Assembly (NCBI RefSeq): GCF_902652985.1
Contig: NC_047017.1
Span: forward strand, 17,360,001-17,424,000
Direction: 5' to 3'
Source: Pecten maximus
Lineage: Eukaryota
Length of the DNA: 64,000 nt
The notes under the pieces were generated by a model. That model ran no database searches. It was not told where the DNA came from and worked only from the letters and a program-made list of their open reading frames with translations. Position numbers and translations under genes: made by a program. Below, in pieces: positions 27,747 through 40,184 of this stretch (its first letter is position 1; every line of letters begins with the position of its first letter).

Positions 27747-29589
27747 GTTGGTAGTCGCTGATTGACGCCAGGCTTGTCTGCGGAACGGTGTTTGTGGACG
27801 GCGGCTCTACTGGCCAGGTCACCACTGAGGTCAGCTCTTTATCTCTCGGACAAGAGCGACGAGCTGTCCTATAACCATTTAAAATATTGGGCTAATCATT
27901 TACACAACATCTGCCTCCCATCTATCGCCATGTCGTGAGGATTTTGAATAACGTCAATAAGTCAATTTATCGAAAGACACCTTGCATTCTTTATCTTAGA
28001 AACATCACGTCTCCGTATTTCAAAGAGAATATTATACTGACAATAATTTATGCTTGATAACAATTTTGTATATTACACAAACTCAACTCGAAATCGATGA
28101 AACTAAAGTCGAATAAAAAAAATAGATATGAATAGAGACCCTTGAAAAAGTGCAAGAACAATAGAACCTTGTGATCCAGAAGAAAATTGCTATCAATTTT
28201 CACATTTTTTGATTTTTGATTTTATAAACACGACCGCTTTTTGTAATTCATTATACATAGGATAGTCCATGGAAACAAGGGAGTTGGCACTAAAAAGTGC
28301 TATCTTACTATGTAGGTCGAGTTCTTTGGGCGATTTGGTCCCGTATTCCTTTTCCTTGCGTGATATGGCATTACCCTAGTTCTCATTTTGATGGCTTGAC
28401 ATTACATAGCTGATGCCTAGGCAGTAAGTGACTCAGATATCATTCTCGTCTATCATCATTATACCCTTTTCAAATGTTTCTGATTTTCTTTTCATTCTTT
28501 ACTCAAGAAAAATTAATTTCGAGTTCGATTTACGATTTTTGTATTCTTTTGTTCGGGAGTTATAGAGACAGTATTTCTGAATAACTACTAGACTCGATGT
28601 CACAAAACTTTGGTAACCGTTTGATTTATAAAGATATTAGTTTTGTTGATATGCTCTTCGCGTTTCTATTTTAATTACGGAATTCCACTATCCTATATGT
28701 AAATAAGACATCCATTCAAATTAAGCTAATTACACCCCGTGAACGGAATATGCTGTCAACTACGTTATAAAGAAGGAAATAGAGCAGACCGGGGGGCCGT
28801 TTTATGAATGGTATATAATCTAGTCCCTTGGTTCACGGGAAAAGTCATTCTCCTGTAATTGTGAGGAAAAGTTAAATGGCTGCACAGATAGAATATCTCA
28901 ACACTCCCCGAATTCCCATGGATTAACAAAGAGGGACAACTGATTGCCGTTACAAGACCCAGTTAATTAAGATACATCACATTTCTCCTTTTTTGTATGT
29001 CAAAAATTAAAATTTTAATAACACACTAATCCATAATATCGTTTGCTTCTGGGATAGGTTTTGTGATTTATCAAAGACGAGGCGATCTAATTGAAAAATG
29101 CAAGATTTTTTTCTTCTTCTGAAATATGAACCTGTCAATCTACTCTATCGATAGAAAACTGATATGTCAGTCGATAATACTATGCTCCAGTCAGTGAATG
29201 ATTGAATTTGAGTTTACCCTATATATATCATAAGGAATATGATTTTTTTTGGGGGGGGGTCATAAACGTTAACTTGCCCCGTTATCTCTAAGTATTTGAC
29301 TTTATATATATTTTTTTGTGTTAGTTCACAACTAATATTTTTCAGTCAATTTATGCACCGATAATTTGAAATAGGTAATGGGTAAATGTTCCAATATTTA
29401 AAACAAAGAATGCTGTCTTTCGAATGCACTTTAAAAAGATAAAGTTATAAATAAGTATATTAAATTGCTTTATCATCCAAAATGCCTACATTGTGTGACA
29501 ATTATACGCTTCATGTATTTTCAAGTTCAACCGATCTGCTTTATATTGTCGTTAAACGCTACCAATATAGATTTTGTCTGATAATGTCA

Positions 29590-30125
29590 CCCAACATTAT
29601 CATGCAGTGCCAATTTGTGCGAGTGTATAAGGATTCGCTAGCTTTGCCACACAACATTATGCAACAGTGCCCAGTTGTATGAAGATTTGTTAGCCTTGCC
29701 ATGCAACACGTTATCTAACAATGTAAATTTGTCGGAAGACTTGTTAGCTTAATAATACAATGCATTGTCTAACAGTGCCCAGTTGTATAAAGATTTGTTA
29801 GCTTTACCATGCAACACATTATCTAACAATACTAGGTTGTATGAAAATTTGTTAGCTTTATTATACAAAACATCATCTAACAGTTTCCAGTTGTATGAAG
29901 ATTTGGTAGCTTTACCATGCAACACATTATCTAACAATGCTAGGTTGTATGAAGATTTGTTTGCTTTTAATACAACACATTATCTAACAGTTTCCAGTTG
30001 TATGAAGATTTGTTTGCTTTTAATACAACACATTATCTAACAGTGCCTAGTTGTATGAGGATTTGTTAGCTTTTAATACAACCCATCATCTAACAGTGTC
30101 CAGTGTATGTAAATTTGTTAGCTTT
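29590..30125. repeat. ~54-bp diverged tandem repeat (~10 copies)
   Basis: Recurring TTGTATGAAGATTTGTTAGCTTT...CAACACATTATCTAACA; 18-aa periodicity in the ORF track. Confidence 0.85.
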
Positions 30126-31529
30126 GGTATCATAATATTCGTGTACACTTCCCCAACCTATCAATGATTCTGCTCTGCTATCGTTTGATGACCAGTAAGA
30201 ATCATTCTAACAGTACAGGATATTTTTGATAGTGATTCAAAGTACGTCAAGAATCAATTGTCATTCATTCCATTATCTCAACAAGGTCTGGAATATCTCA
30301 ATTGCCCTTTTGTATAAAACCTGTTGCAAAACAATTACTTAGTAGCTTATGTTTTTTGCTTTTGTGTAAAATGTCATTTACTCTTTATATTAATAACATG
30401 GGATAACATGTATTAATTTATCCATCCGCATGCCCTAGAAATTTAAATACAAAAACTGGTGTTATATTCATTTTACAATTTCGTTTTACAAACTTCATAT
30501 TTTTGGGGAAAAAAACTAATATCATTGACAATAAAGGATGACATTATTAATCTATTTCACACCCTGGGGCCATTATTGTTCATTTTCTTTTTCTCCAATA
30601 CGAAGTATAGTTTTAAATACGATTTATCATATGAAATCGATACTGGACAAATTGTCGATTGATTTCTTGTCGATTATAATGAGATAAGCCCTAGAAATAA
30701 CTCCCACTGGGTTTTTCATTCTTCATACTCACATAAAAGGGGTTTTTCTAAAATAGCTCATATCCTTTTTCTATAGTACTGCCTGTGAATGTTTTTGTCG
30801 TGTGATCGGATTTCTTATTCCTAGATGGGAATATAAATTTTCTTTTCTCATTAAAATGAAACACAAATAAATATATTTACAAAGGATTTGGATAAATAAA
30901 TTTAATCTGACTTTATGTTTCTGAATTCGTATACTCTTCAATTCAACTTATGAGATATTGTGAAAACTCACTTAGATCAAGTTGGCATATAAAGGTATGT
31001 TTACCTTTCTTGAAATATGATCTTTGCTTGCTAAGATCATTGTTATTTCTTCTACTGAAGTACGACTAGCTACTATGATGACGTATTTTCCGTGTCCGCT
31101 TATTGATTTGATTATATCCAATCTCGTGTGTACAGCTGAGTATCAAATACTCTCTAAGAGTTCCAGTTAATGGTAATATTTGATAAAACTCACGAGTGAA
31201 TAAGTTTTAAACCAAACATTGCTAATTGAGTATTTAAACAGTCTCGTAGCAAATTAAAAAGTGACGAAAGCTTTAGAAAATTCCATGAATACAACTTTTA
31301 AAATGACGTGTTTTAATATTTACATAAACTTTTAAGTGTGTGTTGTCTTTTCTCAGTGATTTCAAATAGTTTTACTGTTAAATTCAAAATTCAGATTGTA
31401 GCATTGTTAATGGAGAATTGAAGTGGCATATCAAGCGGCAGCGGACGGAAACTAATGGATTATGTTGATATGATTTCATGAGTACTGTTATATATATCGT
31501 GTAATTGCAAAACTAAACTGCATATTTTG

Positions 31530-31790
31530 AATACATGTATAATTATGTACTGTTAAAGTTCCTCATAAGAAAACGCAATGAAAATATTTCAAAAACCAAA
31601 CACAGTTAATAACGTGTATTTCATTACCTAATTAAAGATAATACATAAAATTTACATATATTGTATGATTATGTACTGTTAAAGTGCTTCATAAGAAAAT
31701 GCAATGAAATATTTCAAAAACCCAACATCGTTGAAAGAGTGTATTTCATTACCTAATTATAGATAATATATAAAATTTACATATATCAAA
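31530..31790. repeat. ~126-bp tandem duplication
   Basis: TATGTACTGTTAAAGT...CATAAGAAAA...GTGTATTTCATTACCTAATTA occurs twice. Confidence 0.8.
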
Positions 31791-33155
31791 ATTGACTCCT
31801 ATTAGTAATAGGTTTCTCTTGTATACCTGTCTCAGGTGTGTACACCAACTTATTAGGTACCATATTAGTGGCAGGTAAGTCGTCAGTCTTTTTCAATAGA
31901 ACTGGCACCAAGACAAAAGTTTAACCCATACATACGAAAGCTGTAATCGGGATTTTAGCTTGGTATTCGGAACCTGTTAAACTCACAATGCACGTATGAT
32001 TTATGATAGTGATATGACTTAGTCTGTATTTGCTTTTCTGGTGATATTGTAAATGTCTATTCTCTACAGTTGAAAAGATGGCAAATGACTAACGCATTGC
32101 TCGCGTACTTAAGCCCAGATTGTGTTCTGATGTGTAGATGCATGTACAATACATATATGTATAAGCGATTAAAACGAATGTTTAAAACGAATATTTTACA
32201 TGAAACATTGTAGGTATGGTAGAGCTTTATTTTCTGATTCATAGGATTTACTGGCGACATTTTAAAAAGAAAAAAGAACCAGTACTTTTATAGGAGTGTA
32301 TTACACTCACACATACACTTTAGATTAAAGGAGTCTTATTCTGATTTCCATATCTGGTAATCGACAAAAGCTGTGAATAACATACGGAGAATTTTAATCT
32401 CTTAATACAGATTATCGGATTAGTAAAAGCTAATAAGCCTGTTTTGCCAAGAGATTAACTTAAAAATTGTTTTTGCCAGAAGGTCTTTAAAGTTGTTTCA
32501 GAATTAATCCTGTCACGAAAATATTGACCTTGTAGATGTTATTTTAGAATTTATTAATCAAAATTTGTGCTGTCTTATATTGTGTACTGTAATCAATGTG
32601 TGACACTTCCCCCCAGGAATCACCAATACAGATTGACTTTGTACAAATTAATAAGACTTTACTGTGCTTAAAACACATGTTAAATAAATAAAGTATATAT
32701 ACAAGCGTAACATATCAATATAGTGCGTGTCACGTTGGCACCAATGACACCATGCACTGTTACAATGCGAACAATGTATGTTGACGTCACACTGTCACGA
32801 ATATCACAAGTGATGACGCCCAGTTGCCATGAGAACTTATGAAATGTATTCCTGTTATATTGGATATTATTTGACACTGATGGAAATCGCATCGATGCTA
32901 TTTTAAAACGCAAAGTTGTACACATTTTAAGTCACCATGGCTCAATGTTGATATACATTTGAGTTTAAAAATGTCGTTATATGACTTTTCAAAAGTTAAA
33001 TTCGATGCTATTCACATTTTAAATTATTACATTTAAGCGATTTACATAGCACATCAACGACACCAACTTTCGCTCTAAATCCATGTTAAACCATACATAT
33101 TAATGTAAAATATCACGATGTTTCATTGTATTACTGGTGAGCAGGGAATACAAGA

Positions 33156-34742
33156 TTAAGCCGTTCCGGGCCTTTCAGAATCAGTATTGGAAAATGTTAC
33201 TTTCTTTTTTGCTCTAATGTCTGCTACAGAAACGAAGCCGAAAAAGTTTGTGGAACGTCCTACAACTTTGAACGAATTTGTTTTCCGCAGAGAGCTTTGT
33301 TGAGGTTTCTTCTCCTTAATTGTCTTCCGAATACCTTTTGTCCTGTCTTGTTGTGTTTTGGTATTTTGTACACGTGTCTGGTTCTGTGTGGCTACAACTT
33401 TTTTGTCCGTTTTTGCAACACTTGTTGTAGTAAGACTACTTTTCCTTTCCACATCCTTTGTATTTAGAGTACCGTCTGAATCTATGCTTTTATACCATTC
33501 CGGTTGGTTACTTCGTGTCGAGGAAGCAGACCTCTCAGTATGGCTGACTCTTTTATGCGATGAAGCCGGTTTATCAGCTTTTTCTACACTCTCGTTTTTA
33601 ACAGTGTTCCGTTTGACATTTTTCTCTATTTTGGGAGTATTTTGAATAGTTTTCTCCATTTTGGGAGCATTTTGATGATTTTTCTCCATTTTGGGAGCAT
33701 TTTGATGATTTTTCTCCATTTTAGTATTGTGATGACTTTTCTCAACGTTCACCGTCGATGAATTCTTTGAGTGGCTATTTGAAGAAGATGAGTTTGATGA
33801 TGGCGGTCCTTCCTGTCGCGAGGATGTAGCACGTGACTGGCCATTAGTTAATGATGACTTATATTGCACTTTATTAGAACTTTGATTGCTTGGAGATGGA
33901 GCTGACGACTTAGACGATGGTGATGGTATACCGGGTACTTGTGCCATTCGAATTGATACTCGGTCTGGTTGCCCAGGCGACATGGTGACCATTATCCGCT
34001 CACCTCCCTGTCCAGGTTTGATATTTGGAAGGGGTAGGGACATTTTTCTAGCTTCACCCTTTTCAGTTCTAGAAACATTCATATCATTAACTTTAGAAAA
34101 GTTTGGATTCCTATAAACATCCTGATACGCAGGTCCTTGTGAGCTGTAACTACGTGAATCATTCACTGGAATATATGAATTGTTATTTTCAGGTCGAGTA
34201 GTAAATTGACTGGAATCATACCTGTTTGGAGTCTCCCTCCGTAAGTTTTCCCCGGGCATGTTAGCCATAGACAGTCGGGATGAAGGCAGGGAGCCATGAT
34301 GTACCATACTTGATCTAGAACTGTTCACATCCCCGCGCGGATATTGGCGAAACTGGTAAGCATCCTGACTGCTGTTGGCCCTTGAGTTGGGTACACTTTC
34401 ATTCCTCGCGTTATCCATTTGCTGCTGGTGAATCTCCAAATATGACTTGGGGAACCGACCACTGTAATGAATGTCATTTAAACTCATACTCTTTCGGAGA
34501 AATCGGCGTCCGTTGTCCTGACTATCCCTTTCCATCCAATACCGGCGTTCGGAGTCGTACCTATGTTTATCGACGACTCGCTGCTGTACCCGTCTTCTCT
34601 CGTCGACTGGAGACTGCATTGTCCTCAGAACCTCCATCATCTCCATGTCAAGCCGTTCCTCGTAGAACGGGATCACCTCCATCTGTCTCATCGGTTTCAT
34701 GACAGATACATTTGGTTTTTTCGTAAGCACGCTTTCCCGCAT
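33156..34742 (-). CDS. Intronless uncharacterised 528-aa low-complexity protein with basic C-terminus and no signal peptide
   Basis: 1.6-kb ORF in AT-rich DNA; internal 10-aa repeat KMEKNHQNAP; C-terminal KKKVTF. Confidence 0.8.
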   Translation of the reverse strand: MRESVLTKKPNVSVMKPMRQMEVIPFYEERLDMEMMEVLRTMQSPVDERRRVQQRVVDKHRYDSERRYWMERDSQDNGRRFLRKSMSLNDIHYSGRFPKSYLEIHQQQMDNARNESVPNSRANSSQDAYQFRQYPRGDVNSSRSSMVHHGSLPSSRLSMANMPGENLRRETPNRYDSSQFTTRPENNNSYIPVNDSRSYSSQGPAYQDVYRNPNFSKVNDMNVSRTEKGEARKMSLPLPNIKPGQGGERIMVTMSPGQPDRVSIRMAQVPGIPSPSSKSSAPSPSNQSSNKVQYKSSLTNGQSRATSSRQEGPPSSNSSSSNSHSKNSSTVNVEKSHHNTKMEKNHQNAPKMEKNHQNAPKMEKTIQNTPKIEKNVKRNTVKNESVEKADKPASSHKRVSHTERSASSTRSNQPEWYKSIDSDGTLNTKDVERKSSLTTTSVAKTDKKVVATQNQTRVQNTKTQQDRTKGIRKTIKEKKPQQSSLRKTNSFKVVGRSTNFFGFVSVADIRAKKKVTFSNTDSERPGTA

Positions 34743-37700
34743 TATTAAGTTGTAAAGTCCCTCTTATGGTAACGTCGGCTATACACATCCCCCTTCCATG
34801 TCCCGAGTGGTTTGGCTTTTAAACGCTACACTATGCATATAGAGTCAATGTGATTGTTAAAATGTTTCGGTTCATAAAGCAAATTAATCACATATTCCTT
34901 TTATAGTTGCTCTTTATAAGCCATTATTACTTCTTTTTTAAAGCCGAACCTTATCTCAATGATATGTATTGAAATACGTGAATGAATGGACATGGTGAGC
35001 ATGTAATCCTTCATACACCTGAACAACGCCAAGCCGTGTGGGCAAACTGACAAAAGATTAGTGGATACTCGACAAATAACCGTGCTACCCTGCTAAGTGT
35101 TTAACAGAGTGCTACCAAAATACACCAAAACACTGGTCGCTATGAGAGTAGAAATGGGTCAATGAGCCTCTAATACACTGGCAGTGCCGATTAGTGCTGA
35201 AAATGACAAGACCAAAAGTCATTATGCAAATATTTCATTTGTAAATCCAAGTGTAATGTGGGTTAATCGCCTATCTGATAGCTAAGTATAGACAGTGTTT
35301 TCAATAGAAACTTGCATGTATTATACACGGCGAACCATTATTTTGATTATGTAATGGATTGTTATCTTTAGATCTATAATTGAAATGAATGAAATGATAC
35401 AAAAACCTAAGGTATATAGTAACAATGTAGCATGAACTAATTCCGTATTTGTTAGTGGATTTACTTTTTGAACCTATTTCATCGTTGTCAGAGAGTTTTA
35501 TATGTCAATACAATATATATGCAAATACAGCGCACTAAATTTCGTATTTCTTGTATTGAATAATCGGTGCTTGCGTTCCTAGCAACGGCCTCTAATTGCA
35601 TATCATGACAACCTTCAGAAATTCTCCATGATTAAGCCATCTTTTGACAGTTGAAATACAATTTCTTAAATAAATAAAGGATTCCAAACAAACAATATTA
35701 TAAATTTGTTAATGGAACTAAATTCAATTTGAATACAATTATTAAAAATTATAAAATTTGTATGAACGTAACTTAATTAGCATAAATATATATGTATGGA
35801 TGTACATTGTAAATAGATGTGAATTTAAATAGGTGTGTTTAGATATTACGAAAAGTGACGAGATTAAAGTCACAGAATCTACGATATTCACGTGAAAGCA
35901 ATGTGTTGATTCTTAAATGAATTTTTAAAATAATATGAATACCTTACTTTGTTTTTCACTGTCATCATCGTAAATAAGGGGATATCAGCAATTGTTTTTC
36001 GACAACTAATATTTCATTGTACTGGTAGGTAATGATTATCTACCGATTTTCAACGTACAAAAACACATTTTTCGCGTAATATTCAAGATAAAAGAAAAAA
36101 GTTTCATACGTTTTTGTCTTTGTACATTATATAGTTATATCAATTCAAACAGACAATGTTTTTGTGTGGAAATAGACACAACACAATGAGACATACAGTC
36201 ATGTACATGTATGTTATTCAATTTGATGTCAGTTTCAAGTCAGAAGCAGGTAAACATGAATGTGAGTATGATAATACAAACTTTAATTCTTTGGGGGAAA
36301 AAACCCATACATAAATAGCTTTTCTTTTTAACTATATTTTATGATCAAACATGAATTCAATAGTGCATAATAACATATGAAATTCTTTGTAGATCAAAGA
36401 TTATCTAAAAATAGTGATGTTGGTGTAGTTGTGTTGTCTTAGTGAAGTATTATTGACAAAGCTTTACCGTAAAAAAATTAAATGGGCCATGGTAGAGTCT
36501 TCACGATGTCATATTTTAATTGATTGCGGCTTGCTCAGGTCTTTGATTCAATACTTCTGAATATCTGAACATTCTCTTTTGTGTTTGTGATCATGGACCG
36601 TCCCTTCTTTATCGTCCTCACTCTCCCTACGGTGTTTGTTGAGGGTCACCGATATCTCCAAGCGACCCACACGCATTGTCTATTTACCTTAATTAAAAGC
36701 TTGGGAGGCACGATGTTTTTCACTTTAACACTGGTTCATATATATAAATTCTGTTTCATGTAGCACTATATTAACATCGGTGAAAATCGTACGGTTGCGT
36801 CATTTCGTTGGTTTTTTAAATTTTGCCCCGAGAAGCCAGGATTTAATAACTTGATTCTGGTTGTGTCGCCTTTGATAAAATTACATTCGATCTTATCAGA
36901 AGCTAATAGCCTTAAATATGATTCAATCCCGTTTTTTCCACATTTTCTTTCCACAGACAGACCACAGGACATTTAAAATGAAAACAAAGCCACAGAGGTG
37001 TTGTTTAGCGTTATTAACTCTAGATATCAATCAAAATGTGACGATCTCTCGGATGATAGCTTCTTTTTTTCTCAGCTAATGGTATTCAAAGTTTTCTGAA
37101 TAACGATTAACCATTTAGCTTGTCTCATCTCACATTTTGCTGACTTAATGTATCATAGACGAGTTCCTCCACTTTGCACGATGCAAAACTTTAAAAGATA
37201 ATTATTCTATACAATACTTACTTTGTAGATATTTCTTTTAAAGAATATTTTCTTAAAAACAATTTGGAATTGAATTCCAGTGATCACAGTCTGCACTTAA
37301 ATTTATGCAATGTTCAGACGGATAACGGGGAATATTGCGAGTGGTTTTAAACATTATTTACTCCACCACTTTTATTTAGGACATACATCGAAGCATTATC
37401 TATTGTAATATTATTGTATATACCGGTATTATCAGAAAAAGTGCTACTGAATAACTAAAATTACCCTGTGGTACCTATTCGTATTATGGTAGTAGTAAAC
37501 AGCGCGATGTTTTAAATTCCTGAATATGTAGTGACTCCATACAGAAGCGGCTAGTACCAGTAGTACTAAGGCACACCTGACGGGTTAAAAACATACACAA
37601 ATCCACTTTCTCCCTAACACATTAATATAGTCAAAGACAGCGTATTCATAACAAAAACCTTTCTATAAAAACATTTACCACAAATTATTGTTTAAAAACT

Positions 37701-38019
37701 TCTAAGGTCATCTTCCTCCTGTTAAAAGAAACTTTTCTTCTCTATTGAGTGACCTTTATAGACAGGTTTGACTTTACAAAACATGTGTATCTATATTCAC
37801 GGCTATATTTCGATCCATCAGTTATATATAAATAAAGTTATAATCCTGCAGACATGCTTAGGTATTGATATCATGGGTGTGGTTATTATCAGTATTTCCA
37901 TGACTTAAAGATACCATATCAGCCAGGCTGTTTACGTATATTCCACCTGTTTCTCAATTATGTTAATACAGAGAAAGCCTCGCCAGAGACGGGTTCGCTG
38001 CACAACGCATATCTCCGCC

Positions 38020-39301
38020 ATGCCACAAGCGGTTTTCTGTCTCCTTCTTTTGCTTGCAAGAGGTAATTGATTTGTATCAATTTAAAACTTTATAATTTGC
38101 TTCCTTAATAATTTCATAAACAACTATAATTATAAGTCGATTGACTTGATGTTATAATCATGTAATTTAAACGGGTCACTTTTAGCCTTCAGTTGTCAAA
38201 GACGTACTGCTCTAACTTAGTATTCGTGAAATTTAATGTCACGCGACGTTGAAATCTTAAATGAGTGTACCCATGTATTCACGTTTCTGTCACGCTAAAT
38301 TATGTTCTTCTTTTGTTTCTACTTTAGGAAGTTTGACGACTGCATCTAGACCGGAATTTATATCAGCTGGTCACTTTCTTAATGCAAACTCCAGACCATT
38401 GTCTGGTCAAACGCTCGGTAATCATGGACCGTATATGTTTCATCAGAGACCAATGTTACCCAGTCAAAATGAAAATGAAGTAAGTAGACCATCGAATAAT
38501 GCTGGTGTAGCATTTGCCCCACAATTGATACACGACTATTTCAAACCTGGCAAAGAATCATACGGCCAAGGATCGCTTGAGCAGCAAAACAAATGGCCGT
38601 CGAACTTCATGGCAACAAGGCCGAAGCCCATCCAAATGACCCTGGCTAAGAACAGCAGACCTATGTTAGGGTTACTAAAACAACTTATGGCCGGTAGATT
38701 CCATATAGTGGCTGACGCCATTCATTTGGATGCTGTACCGATCATCGAACGACCTATGCAGCCGTATATAGAAGGTATGATTATTGAACCAGACAGTTTA
38801 ATAACAAGTGTACATAGCCACATTGAACCAATACAGCCAATGCATTTTGAATTACCAGAATCAGCCAGACCAGAACACGTTACTTCTTTGACGAATGCCC
38901 GCCCAAACAATGGTGTGCAGCAAGTCCCATTCCAACTGCTTCTCAAAGAATTCAATGACTTGGCTGCGAAAATTAATTTAAAACCCAATGAGCACGCGGT
39001 TACATTTTCCAGCTTATACCAAAATTATATGAAGCTGCTCGAACAACAAAACAAAACAGCATCTCCTCCTATTTTAAAAACTACACTGCCCACAACGACT
39101 GCAAAAACAGAATCAACAGCACCACCTACGACTTCGGAAACGAGGTCAACCATAATTATGAACGTAACACCCACCACATCCGATATTCCAATGAAGACAA
39201 AAGATGACTTTAACATGATCCAGACATCATTCAGCAAAGCTAAAGATGATAAGCCAGCCGTGTGGCTTCCGGGTATGGGACCGGAAATGACCTCACCGTA
39301 A
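38020..39301 (+). CDS. Gene B: secreted orphan protein, Pro-rich with Thr-rich C-terminal part, ~338 aa
   Basis: Exon 1 38020-38062 (MPQAVFCLLLLLAR, phase-1 GTAATT) joins exon 2 38328-39301 (pyrimidine tract + TTTAG) in the frame of the 346-aa ORF; AATAAA near 39479. Confidence 0.8.
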
Positions 39302-39564
39302 TCGTTCTCGGAGATATCCACGGCGAAGGAACCAAAAAATAATGTATATGTTCTTGCTATGTCCAAATGACTGTTTTACTGCTTTCTTAATTCTTTAATT
39401 TCCTTTCAAGAAGGATGTGATTTGTCAGTAAAATGTCTAAGGTATTGTTGCTAGTTATGTTATTTGTAAGAATGAAAAATAAACAATTATTCATATTATA
39501 ATTTTATACAAAGGCCTGTAGCATTTCAACGATCAAATGAAGATGACTTGCAATTATTTAATGA

Positions 39565-39720
39565 ATATTATGCAAATGCAGATTTTGGTTGAGGGCAATC
39601 CATGGTTTTGGAGCTGACCTGGACAATATTCCCCGAGGCCGAAGGTCGAGGGGGATATAGTTCAGGGCAGATCCGTAAAACCACTGAATCCCCTCAACCA
39701 AAGTCTTCATTTACATTGTT
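39565..39720. mobile_element. Long imperfect palindrome, probably the end of a hairpin-type element
   Basis: TGCAAATGCAGATTTTGGTTGAGGG...ATATTCCCCGAGGCCGAAGGTCGAGGGGGATAT...CCCTCAACCAAAGTCTTCATTTACA. Confidence 0.6.
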
Positions 39721-40184
39721 ATATGATTTATATTAATGTTAAAAACAAAAACTATATTGACTCCTCGGTGATGTCATGAAATGTTTAAGGAAAATATTGG
39801 ATACTAGGGTCAAAATCTTGTTAGGAACTTAAATCTCTATCTCTGGTCTGATATCTTAAGAAACTGTACATAATCAGTCCGTATCATTAAACCGTTGTAT
39901 ATATATATAACTATATTTTTTGTCTTCATAAGACATTTTGGTGTTTGCTTTTCATAGAAAAAATTAAATAAAACATATGATCCTTTGGAAGTACATCTCC
40001 AGTTTTAAAATTGTGTTAATACTTGTAAGTTATATAAACAAAACTAGATAATACGTGTGATGGATATCTGTATAAAATATACACGAAACATTCAAAAAAT
40101 ATTCTCGTCAACCACAATCCAATCTATTGTCTCCACAATTAACATTCACAAAGAATAACAAAAATATCTAATAACAAATGTGCT

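Noticed and set aside
29749-30040. ORFs with LRR-like Leu/Asn periodicity
   Set aside because: They come from a 54-bp tandem repeat with stops and frameshifts.
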